Origin: Thermodesulfobacteriota bacterium
GTDB taxonomy: Bacteria; Desulfobacterota; Desulfobacteria; Desulfobacterales; C00003060
Direction of reading: 5' to 3'
Assembly: GCA_034189385.1 (NCBI GenBank)
Contig: JAXHVD010000006.1
Span: 32,001 to 96,000 of the forward strand
Length of the DNA: 64,000 bases
Each line of letters starts with the position of its first letter. Positions within the stretch are counted from its first letter, which is position 1. This document shows, piece after piece, positions 19,415-27,624 of the stretch. The translations under genes and the position numbers were made by a program. The notes below the pieces were generated by a model. That model ran no database searches, was not told the origin of the DNA, and saw only the letters and a program-made list of their open reading frames with translations.

Positions 19415-20788
19415 ATGCACCCGGGGATCTTTAGAAAATATGACATTCGTGGAATTGTGGACAAGGATATCAGTGAACAAGACGTCGTTTTGATTGGAAA
19501 GGGGTTTGGAACGTACCTGCAGACTGAACAACGATCACGTATCATTGTGGGGCGGGACTGCCGCTTGAGTTCCGACAGCTACAGAGACCTCTTGGTGGCA
19601 GGGCTCCTTGCCACAGGATGTGATGTCTTAGACATAGGGATATGTCCCACGCCAGTCTTCTATTTTTCCATCAGACATTTTCAAAAGCAGGGGGGAGTCA
19701 TCATCACCGCCAGTCATAATCCTGGTGAGTATAATGGCTTCAAGCTATGCAGTGGGTACGATACTCTCTATGGGAAGCAGATACAAAAGGTTTTACAGAT
19801 CATCGAAAAGGGGGATTTTGCCGAGGGTAGAGGGAAACTGGAAACGGCTGAGGTCGTGAGACCTTATACGGAGTTCTTGAAAAACAATATTAACCTCACA
19901 AAACCCATGAGGGTCGGTGTTGATGCAGGTAACGGCACTGCTGGTGTGGTGGCAGTGCCTATCTTAAGGGAACTGGGCTGTGATGTCTTTGATCTCTATT
20001 GTGATTTGGACGGCACTTTTCCCAACCACGAGGCGGATCCCACAGTGGCAGACAACATGCAGGACCTCATCGCCTTGGTTCTGGACAAGAAACTCGACAT
20101 TGGCGTAGGTTATGACGGTGATGGAGACCGTATCGGCGTCATTGACGAAAAGGGCAACATCATTTGGGGCGACCAACTCATGATCGTGTTCGCCAGAGAG
20201 ATTCTCTCCCGCAAGCCAGGGGCGACGTTTATTTCAGAGGTGAAGTGCTCTCAAACCCTTTACGACGATATTGAAAGACACGGCGGTAAGGCCATCATGT
20301 GGAAGACAGGCCACTCTCTTATCAAACAGAAGATGAAAGAGGTGAAGGCCGAACTGGCCGGTGAGATGAGCGGACACGTCTTCTTTGCCGACAGATACTT
20401 CGGCTATGATGATGCCATCTATGCCTCTTGTCGCCTCTTGGAGATCTTGGGCACTACAGGTAAGACCATTTCCGACTTGTTGAGTGATGTCCCAAAAACA
20501 TATAACACGCCAGAAATCCGTGTCCCCTGTCCAGATGACAAGAAATTCCAACTAGTAGAAGAAATTACCGAGTATTACCGACGGCGTCAGGACATCATTG
20601 ACATAGACGGCGTGCGTGTTCTTTTTGACGACGGCTGGGGACTGGTGAGGGCTTCGAATACGCAGCCGGTGCTGGTGTTGCGGTTTGAGGCCTTTTCATT
20701 GGAGCGGCTTTCAGAGATCCGTTCACAGGTCGAATCGGTTCTGGCCGACATACAAAACAGCCATGGGGGGCCGTGGAAGGCCCTATGA
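19415..20788 (+). CDS. phosphomannomutase/phosphoglucomutase
   Basis: FRKYDIRG, TASHNP, DGDGDR, GEMSGH, RASNT. Confidence 0.95.
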   Translation: MHPGIFRKYDIRGIVDKDISEQDVVLIGKGFGTYLQTEQRSRIIVGRDCRLSSDSYRDLLVAGLLATGCDVLDIGICPTPVFYFSIRHFQKQGGVIITASHNPGEYNGFKLCSGYDTLYGKQIQKVLQIIEKGDFAEGRGKLETAEVVRPYTEFLKNNINLTKPMRVGVDAGNGTAGVVAVPILRELGCDVFDLYCDLDGTFPNHEADPTVADNMQDLIALVLDKKLDIGVGYDGDGDRIGVIDEKGNIIWGDQLMIVFAREILSRKPGATFISEVKCSQTLYDDIERHGGKAIMWKTGHSLIKQKMKEVKAELAGEMSGHVFFADRYFGYDDAIYASCRLLEILGTTGKTISDLLSDVPKTYNTPEIRVPCPDDKKFQLVEEITEYYRRRQDIIDIDGVRVLFDDGWGLVRASNTQPVLVLRFEAFSLERLSEIRSQVESVLADIQNSHGGPWKAL

Positions 20789-20905
20789 AGCATCTTAAGC
20801 CCAGGCCTTCAAGAAATCTTACTTGACTTATCAAAGTCTTATTCAGTATTAGTAGTATGTATGGTCCTTGGGAAATGAGTTCAACACTGGGCAGATGGAG
20901 GCGTT

Positions 20906-21181
20906 ATGAACAAGTCAGGTCTTGTAGATGCGTTGCAACACGAAGTGGACATTAGCAAGGCAAAGGCCGAGGCCGTCATTGACATCTTTTTTGATGCCAT
21001 GTCTAGTGCCCTTGCAGAAGGCGATAGGGTTGAAATTCGCGGTTTTTGCAGCATTTTTGTGAGAGAATACAAGGGGTATGTGGGAAGGAATCCAAAAACG
21101 GGTGGGGCAGTTGAAATACCGCCCAAGAAGCTTCCTTTTTTCAGGTGTGGAAAAGAACTAAAAGAGCGGGTCGATTATTGA
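20906..21181 (+). CDS. ihfB: integration host factor beta / HU-family protein
   Basis: RVEIRGF..GRNPKTG..PFFRCGKELKERV. Confidence 0.85.
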   Translation: MNKSGLVDALQHEVDISKAKAEAVIDIFFDAMSSALAEGDRVEIRGFCSIFVREYKGYVGRNPKTGGAVEIPPKKLPFFRCGKELKERVDY

Positions 21182-21382
21182 ACAAGCCACCATCAAAAGC
21201 ATGGCCCTTTCACGCAAGAAGCATCACAGCCCCTCCTTGCTATCCCCCTTCGAGCACCATCTCCTCAAAATAGCTCGAACAAATCATGCAACGGCCCTCT
21301 CTTTCTTGCTCAGGTAGACCCGCCCTAAGACCCATCCAGGGACACCATTCATCGCACAAAGCCATGTGAACGAGACACAACC

Positions 21383-21991
21383 CTAAGAGCGCAGAGACGA
21401 ATGCTCGGTGCCGCTGAGCAGACGCCTAACGTTGTCGGCGTGACGAGCGAAAACAAAAAACGCCATCACCAAGGTGCAACCAGTCATGAGCACAGAGTGC
21501 GTGGCAAGCCACATAGCCCCTGGGAGGACAGCCGCCCCTGCCAGGGATCCGGCTGAGGAATAGCCCGAACTGCACAGCACCAGCACATAGACAAGCACGC
21601 ATATGACGAAGACGAGAGGAGACATGATCAGCAAACACCCGGCAGCAGTGGCCACGCCTTTACCTCCCTTAAAGCCCAAAAATACAGAAAAGAGGTGCCC
21701 TGCAAAGGCTGCAAGGGCTATCAGACACATCACCATCTCACCTGTCCAGCCAGAGAGGCCTACCCAGGACACGGCCATGAGTACAGGCACAGCGCCCTTT
21801 AAGAGGTCTCCAACAAGTGTCAAAATCCCTAGTCTTTTTCCGGCAACACGATAGACATTGTAGGCGCCGATATTGCCACTTCCGGCCTCACGGATATCTC
21901 CATGGCCAAACACACGGGTTAAAATCACCCCCCATGGCACAGAACCCATCACATAAGCAAAGGGAAGCAAGATGATGGCCTTGGAAATCAT
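21383..21991 (-). CDS. plsY: glycerol-3-phosphate acyltransferase
   Basis: GSGNIGA, DLLKG, GH..FKGGKGVAT, RHADNVRRL. Confidence 0.93.
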   Translation of the reverse strand: MISKAIILLPFAYVMGSVPWGVILTRVFGHGDIREAGSGNIGAYNVYRVAGKRLGILTLVGDLLKGAVPVLMAVSWVGLSGWTGEMVMCLIALAAFAGHLFSVFLGFKGGKGVATAAGCLLIMSPLVFVICVLVYVLVLCSSGYSSAGSLAGAAVLPGAMWLATHSVLMTGCTLVMAFFVFARHADNVRRLLSGTEHSSLRS

Positions 21992-22011
21992 AGGGTTTCC
22001 ACACGCAGACG

Positions 22012-22686
22012 CTATTGGGGCTCGCTGGCAGGGTTTCGGATTTTGGCTTGGCAGAAAGCGATGTACTGAAGGGCCTCGTAGTGAACGCCTAGGTCCGGAT
22101 AAGAGGTGAGAACCATCTTAAAACGTTCCAGAGCGGCCTTATAGTGTTTGGTTCTATAGTAGAACCTTCCCACGTGGAACGAATGCTCGGCCAGATTCTT
22201 TTGACAAGTCCTGATGTGTGCCTTGGCCTTCTTGGCCTGGGGGCTTTCAGGATAACTCCGGATCAGCCTTTCAAAGGTCTGGACGGCTTCCCGGGCCGTC
22301 GTCTGGTCGCGGTCAACGGCCTGCAGCTGGTCAAAATAGCACCGACCTATCTGATACACCACGTACGGAACGGCCTCATTTTTTGGATGAAGGTTTGCAA
22401 ATGCCTCGTAGGCCACAATGGCTTCGTTGAACTGCCTGAGGTAATAATGGGCATCACCGAGTTTGAGTTCAGCAAGAATTGCATATTTACTAAAGGGATA
22501 CCAGTCCCTCAGCTTTTCGAACACTTCAACGCTTCGGCTATAGTTCTCGCGCCTGAATGCGTCCATGCCCTCGTGGGCCAGTTCTTGGGCAGTACTCTCC
22601 GCTTTTGGCTGAAGCCAGGCACAGCCGAACACCTGGAGGGCCAGCCAGAGGATGACTGCAATATAGAATACTCCCTTCACATTCAC
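22012..22686 (-). CDS. bamD: outer membrane protein assembly lipoprotein
   Basis: Lipobox (VFGC), TPR repeats, YPFS..AELKLGD, DRDQ. Confidence 0.9.
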   Translation of the reverse strand: MNVKGVFYIAVILWLALQVFGCAWLQPKAESTAQELAHEGMDAFRRENYSRSVEVFEKLRDWYPFSKYAILAELKLGDAHYYLRQFNEAIVAYEAFANLHPKNEAVPYVVYQIGRCYFDQLQAVDRDQTTAREAVQTFERLIRSYPESPQAKKAKAHIRTCQKNLAEHSFHVGRFYYRTKHYKAALERFKMVLTSYPDLGVHYEALQYIAFCQAKIRNPASEPQ

Positions 22687-22805
22687 GAAAAGTATATCCT
22701 CGTATAGACTAGAAGCTGAAACCCCTAAGCCATAAAAAAAAGGCTGACATTTCTATTTCGTTGACCCTTCAGCCTTGACCTCTGAGCTTTTCCCGCATGT
22801 TTCGG

Positions 22806-23717
22806 TCAGGAATCGCCAAGTTTTTTGGCATATAAGGCGGCCTCTATCCCCGCCACACAACCCTCTCCTACGGCCTTAGCCATTTGCCAGGGCTGGCCAG
22901 TAATATCTCCAGCGGCATATAGACCCGGGATGTTCGTCTCCTGCTTCTTGTTCGTCTCGATAAAACTAAAGGTCTCGGAATCAAACACTACGCCCAGGTT
23001 AGCTGCCAACTCCATGGCGCCCTTTGCTCCAAGTTCAATGAAGATGCCGCTTAGCTTTATGCGCTCTTCATTGGTCAGCAACACTTCTTCCACTTCATTG
23101 TCTCCCAGAATCTCCTTCACCCATGTACCATGCAGGGTAATGACATCGCTCTTCTCGAGCCGATCGTAAAGCGACTCGTTGACCGCGAGCTTTCGACACA
23201 CCAGATAGACTTTGTTGGCATAACCTAAAAGGGTCAGGGCACCGGTGACGGCTGCGCTTTCATTGCCCACCACGGCCACGTCCATGCCCCTGTAAAAGTT
23301 GGCATCGCAATCGACACAATAGCTCACACCGCGGCCCAGAAAGCCCTTTTCATTTTTCACGCCGAGCCTTTTTCGGGAGATGCCCATGCTAAGGATAAGC
23401 GTCTTGGAATAAAAGGTCTCGTTGTTTTCCGTCACCACAATGAATCTTCCATGCTCGTTCTTGGTTTCAATGATGTCCTGTCCCATAAACTCGGCATCAA
23501 AGCCCTGGGCCTGCTTCCTGCCAGCCTCTAGGATATCCTTGCCACTCACGACCTTCTCGTAGCAGCAGTAGTTGGCTACATGGGCCTTGTAGAGACTACT
23601 TTTCTCAGGTCTTCCAAAAACAATGACCCTTGCCCTCTTTCCAGCGGCATGGATGGCCGCCTGGAGGCCAGCTGGACCACAGCCGATGATGGCCACATCG
23701 TAAAAATCTTCAGCCAC
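22806..23717 (-). CDS. trxB: thioredoxin reductase-like flavoprotein (atypical)
   Basis: GCGPAG, GRGVSYCVDCD, TNIPGLYAAGD; the NADPH-binding motifs are degenerate. Confidence 0.85.
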   Translation of the reverse strand: MAEDFYDVAIIGCGPAGLQAAIHAAGKRARVIVFGRPEKSSLYKAHVANYCCYEKVVSGKDILEAGRKQAQGFDAEFMGQDIIETKNEHGRFIVVTENNETFYSKTLILSMGISRKRLGVKNEKGFLGRGVSYCVDCDANFYRGMDVAVVGNESAAVTGALTLLGYANKVYLVCRKLAVNESLYDRLEKSDVITLHGTWVKEILGDNEVEEVLLTNEERIKLSGIFIELGAKGAMELAANLGVVFDSETFSFIETNKKQETNIPGLYAAGDITGQPWQMAKAVGEGCVAGIEAALYAKKLGDS

Positions 23718-24047
23718 TTAAAGGACCTTTTTCACGCATTCTTCGAGGTGAGATTTCGGTACGGCACCAACAATCTGGTCGACCACCTTGCCATCTCGAA
23801 ACAGGATAACGGTGGGAATCGCCCGTATGCCATACTGACCTGGGGTGTTTGGGCTCTGATCCACGTTGCACCTTGCAAAGATGATGCTCTCGCCGTAGGT
23901 TTCGGCCAGTTCGTCCATGACTGGAGCGATGGCCTTGCACGGACCGCACCAGGGTGCCCAAAAATCCACTAGAGCAGGCTTTTCGGCCTTTAATATGTCT
24001 GATTCAAAGTTACTGTCACTAACCTCTAGAACATCTTGTTCTGCCAT
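23718..24047 (-). CDS. trxA: thioredoxin
   Basis: DFWAPWCGPC; AAGGAG RBS before ATG 24047. Confidence 0.95.
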   Translation of the reverse strand: MAEQDVLEVSDSNFESDILKAEKPALVDFWAPWCGPCKAIAPVMDELAETYGESIIFARCNVDQSPNTPGQYGIRAIPTVILFRDGKVVDQIVGAVPKSHLEECVKKVL

Positions 24048-24229
24048 AATGTGACTCCTTCTTTCCTGATCAAGCAGGTCGGGGGTTTTTGCGGGCCATT
24101 TATAAGCACAGTGCCTAGGCTTTGTCAACTTCAAGTAGGCCCAGCCTACAGGGCAAATAAAACCATATTGGAGACGGGGTCTTAGGCCTTGACACCTTGG
24201 TCATATGGTATTAATAGTACGCCTTAGCC

Positions 24230-24305
24230 GGGCCGTTAACTCAGTCGGTAGAGTATCTGCCTTTTAAGCAGAGAGTCGCGCGTTCGAGCCGCGCACGGCC
24301 CACCA
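24230..24305 (+). tRNA. tRNA-Lys(TTT)
   Basis: 76-nt cloverleaf, anticodon loop CTTTTAA, GTTCGAG T-loop, CCA end; TTGACA at 24189 upstream. Confidence 0.96.
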
Positions 24306-24313
24306 GAAGCTGC

Positions 24314-24391
24314 GTCCCCATCGTCTAGTCTGGTCCAGGACACCGGCCTTTCACGCCGGCAACACCGGTTCAAATCCGGTTGGGGACGCCA
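24314..24391 (+). tRNA. tRNA-Glu(TTC)
   Basis: GTCCCCA...TGGGGACGCCA, anticodon loop CTTTCAC. Confidence 0.96.
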
Positions 24392-24446
24392 ACTCGATAA
24401 CAAGCATCCTGTAAAAGGGTGCTTTTCTTTTGCCACAGTGAAAGAA

Positions 24447-24496
24447 GCCTTTCACGTCCCGATAACATCGGGATTCAAATCCGGTTGGGGACGCCA
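24447..24496 (+). repeat. duplicated 3' part of tRNA-Glu (att-like scar)
   Basis: 24474-24496 is identical to 24369-24391 (TTCAAATCCGGTTGGGGACGCCA); an anticodon remnant GCCTTTCACG lies at 24447. Confidence 0.85.
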
Positions 24497-24931
24497 TGCA
24501 ATCTCAAAGGGTTAGCCGCTTTAGTGGTTAACCCTTTTCTTGTTTGGGGTATGGCTGTGGGGAATTTCTGTCGTGGAAAGCAGATTGAGGGTCTCTCTTG
24601 GATCATCTTTGAGCGTCTTCATGTAGGGTTCCGTTGTGGCCAAGGTTTTTGTGCTCTGGCACCAGCTCGTACGTCTAGGATAGTCAGCCTATTTGAAAAT
24701 GGCGGCGCCTGAAGTTTTTGATCGTTTGGTAACGTTCAAAAGTTGAGGCAAACTCTCTTGGCAGGCAGCTAAAAGGATAGGGAGGCGCTGAACGTAGGCA
24801 TACAGCCATTTCGATCCACACCCATGGTATGGGCTACTTAAAGGCATTGGATGCCGAAGCGAAGCGATTCGCCCTATCTGGAATGTCTATTCAGAAATAG
24901 ACTGTCACAACTTCTGAACGTCACTAATCGT

Positions 24932-26104
24932 TCACAGCAATGCCACCGGGAGTGAATCCAGTGTTCGGATATTGAGAGTGTATCGCCCTTTATCGCTGAG
25001 CGTCAGGAGGTCTTCATCAAGCAGCTTTTTTAAATCCCTCCGGGCGGTTCTTTCACTCACGTTTCTGTACAAAACGGCGAATGGGGCATGTTGAAACAGG
25101 TCGTTCAGGGTAACCGCGGACCCGCTTTCCAGTAACATAATCAACAAGTCATGCTGTCGGTGGGTTAGATCTCTTCGGTCTCTTAAGTACGCATAGAAAT
25201 CTCGGAGTGAAAATTTGCGAATGTAGGACGTAATTCTGTCTTTGAGTTGATTTAACGAGTCTACGACACCACTCAGAACGAATTGCAGAAAGGTTGTCAC
25301 ATCCTTGTTTTTGTCCTTTCTAGTAATGGAAAACGCTGAAAAATAATCATCGATATTCCTATAGTAGAAATTAGATAGCATGATGGGAATGTATTTGATT
25401 CCTGCGGAACGCATCACCAAAGCCTCAACCAATCTGGCTGTTCTCCCATTTCCATCGCCGAAAGGGTGTATGAGGGCTAAATGATAGTGAGATAGTGCAC
25501 CACGTATCAGCGGGTGTAGTTCCACAGTCTCCTTTCTGTTCATCCAGCTTACGTATTCTTCCATTACAATCTTTATGTCGGGGAAACATTTTGGCGGTGT
25601 GTAGACACCACCATGTTCCCTGTCGCCCACTTTGACGAGATGGCTTCGGTATTTCCCAGGGGCGTTATGTTGGTACGGAATCTGAGTTGTGATAATTCTA
25701 TGGATTTCTTTTATCAGTTTTTCATCAAACTCAAGTGGGGTATTTGAAACCGGTTGCTTGGCAACAAAATCGTACGCTACTTTGAGATTATCTATTTCCT
25801 GTTCGGCCTGTTGACTCTGCTTCACAAGGGCAGACTGGGATATGATTTCCCCCACTTCCTCTTCCGTCAAAGGATTGCCTTCCAACGCCGCTGTGCCAAA
25901 AATGGATCGACGTATGATCTCCTCTTCCAGCTTTGTTGATAGAGTCGGTAAGATAGGTAGATCACTGACGGTTCTGTAAAGCACTCTGGCCTCAAGGAAA
26001 AGCTCCGAGAGCCCCTTCTGAGAGAATCTCCTACTGAACACAAACTTACCAGATTTGAGGGTCAGAACCTTTCTTACCTGATTCTTGTCCATCATTTTGT
26101 CCAT
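24932..26104 (-). CDS. Fic family protein with C-terminal winged HTH
   Basis: HPFGDGNGRTAR catalytic motif; TAALEGN inhibitory-type motif; SERTARRDLKKL HTH. Confidence 0.92.
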   Translation of the reverse strand: MDKMMDKNQVRKVLTLKSGKFVFSRRFSQKGLSELFLEARVLYRTVSDLPILPTLSTKLEEEIIRRSIFGTAALEGNPLTEEEVGEIISQSALVKQSQQAEQEIDNLKVAYDFVAKQPVSNTPLEFDEKLIKEIHRIITTQIPYQHNAPGKYRSHLVKVGDREHGGVYTPPKCFPDIKIVMEEYVSWMNRKETVELHPLIRGALSHYHLALIHPFGDGNGRTARLVEALVMRSAGIKYIPIMLSNFYYRNIDDYFSAFSITRKDKNKDVTTFLQFVLSGVVDSLNQLKDRITSYIRKFSLRDFYAYLRDRRDLTHRQHDLLIMLLESGSAVTLNDLFQHAPFAVLYRNVSERTARRDLKKLLDEDLLTLSDKGRYTLNIRTLDSLPVALL

Positions 26105-26398
26105 GGTTTTGTCACAACAAAAATAGCTATTTACAATTAGTTATATATATTTATTGCTCGATTTTGTCAATGTTTTTGTCCGGCCTGCATGCTTTTGAAA
26201 AATATAGCCCGCTTTTTCACCCTAATCCACCGCCGTTGCTAAGATAGAACTGCCACGAGTCTTGTAGTTGAACCGCTTGACTTTTTGTGCGGGTGAACAT
26301 AACGGCTGTATAGCAACTTGTTATAATGGATGCATTCTGCAATCGGATGTTGAAAGAGGGCAGAATGTACCTGGGATGAAACCACCACTTGGGGAAGA

Positions 26399-26823
26399 AT
26401 GAAAAAGTCAGACCTGAAAACCATCATCGCCAAAGGAGAAGACAGCCGTCTCCAATTTCAGTTTCTTATGTTGCAAAGGGGTTGCTCCCTTATCGAGGGC
26501 TCGGATCAGGCATCACACGGGCCTTGGAAGCCTGGCCCGAGATGGACTTTGTCGACGATCGAGACGGTTGCCTCTTTACAGCAACAGTTCGCCGAAAAAT
26601 GGGGAAAATGTCGGGGAAAATTTTGGCCGCGTTGAAAGAGAATGGGCATTTGACTATTCCTGAACTGGCCTCATTGATTGGTGTGACCGAACGTTCCATC
26701 GAAAGGAACATAAGAAAACTACAAAAGGAGGGGCTTCTGCGTCGTATCGGCCCGGCCAAAGGCGGCCATTGGGAGGTTCACAGTAACATACAACGAAGCC
26801 GAAACCCGTTTCTACCTTATTGA
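26399..26823 (+). pseudogene. internally deleted AlbA/Schlafen-HATPase-HTH regulator remnant
   Basis: N-terminal MKKSDLKTIIAKGEDSRLQF is in one frame; it joins out of frame to the C-terminal LPYRGLGSGITRAL...HTH (SIERNIRKLQKEGLLRRIGPAKGGHW). Confidence 0.7.
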
Positions 26824-26982
26824 GCCAGTCCTTCGTGAAAAGGGCCACGGCGATCATCAATGGTTGAAGCTGAAAACGCCCGCACCTCTAATCTGCTTTG
26901 ACGCGATGAGTGTCAAGACAATTTGCGTAATTTTTCTGTTTTTTAAAATAGCCGCTTGACATCGAAGATATTTTTTGCCAGA

Positions 26983-27002
26983 TACTATACAAATGTATAG
27001 TA
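26983..27002. promoter_or_regulatory. putative LexA operator, TACTATACA-AA-TGTATAGTA
   Basis: Perfect 9-bp inverted repeat overlapping the lexA ATG (26993); TTGACA at 26956. Confidence 0.7.
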
Positions 27003-27619
27003 CCCGAGTTCTCACGGACAGACAGGCACAAATTTTAGACTTTCTTCAAGATTTCAAGAATCAGAAGGGAGTGGCACCCACCTATAGGGAGATTTCAGGC
27101 CATTTTGGTTTTAGAAGTACCAAAGCAGCCTCTGACCATGTGCGTGCCTTAGAGAAAAAAGGCTACGTGCGCCTTCACGGGAACCGCTCCCGCAGCATAG
27201 AAATAATATCGCTAAAAACTGATTCAATCGGCCAGGTCGTTTCAATACCAATATTGGGAGCAATCCCAGCTGGAAGGCCCGAGAGAAAAGAAGAAGTTCT
27301 GTCGAGTGCCATCTCTGTCGACGAACGAATTCTTGGCAATCGCAAAGGGCATCGGCTATTTGCGCTGAAAGTTACAGGCCAATCTATGACGGGACGCAGC
27401 GTCTTTGACGGGGATTGGGTTATCGTAGATGCGGATGCGTCTGCCAAAGACGGCGATATGGTTGTAGGCTTGATCGACGGCGATACCACACTTAAAACCC
27501 TTGCCAAGAAGAACAGACGCTTTTATCTGAAGTCGGAAAATCCAGACTATACGGATTGGGTCCCCATGGAAGAGATGGCCGTTCAAGGGATTGTGAAGGC
27601 CCTTATCAGACGGATATAG
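26993..27619 (+). CDS. lexA: LexA-family repressor
   Basis: LTDRQ..PTYREI..HFGFRS wHTH; Ala-Gly cleavage site (IPAG); catalytic Ser (GQSM) and Lys (TLK). Confidence 0.92.
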   Translation: MYSTRVLTDRQAQILDFLQDFKNQKGVAPTYREISGHFGFRSTKAASDHVRALEKKGYVRLHGNRSRSIEIISLKTDSIGQVVSIPILGAIPAGRPERKEEVLSSAISVDERILGNRKGHRLFALKVTGQSMTGRSVFDGDWVIVDADASAKDGDMVVGLIDGDTTLKTLAKKNRRFYLKSENPDYTDWVPMEEMAVQGIVKALIRRI

Positions 27620-27624
27620 AAGCC

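Noticed and set aside
24700..24930. Possible integron attC sites at the island's left edge
   Set aside because: No convincing RYYYAAC...GTTRRRY paired structure and no integron integrase.
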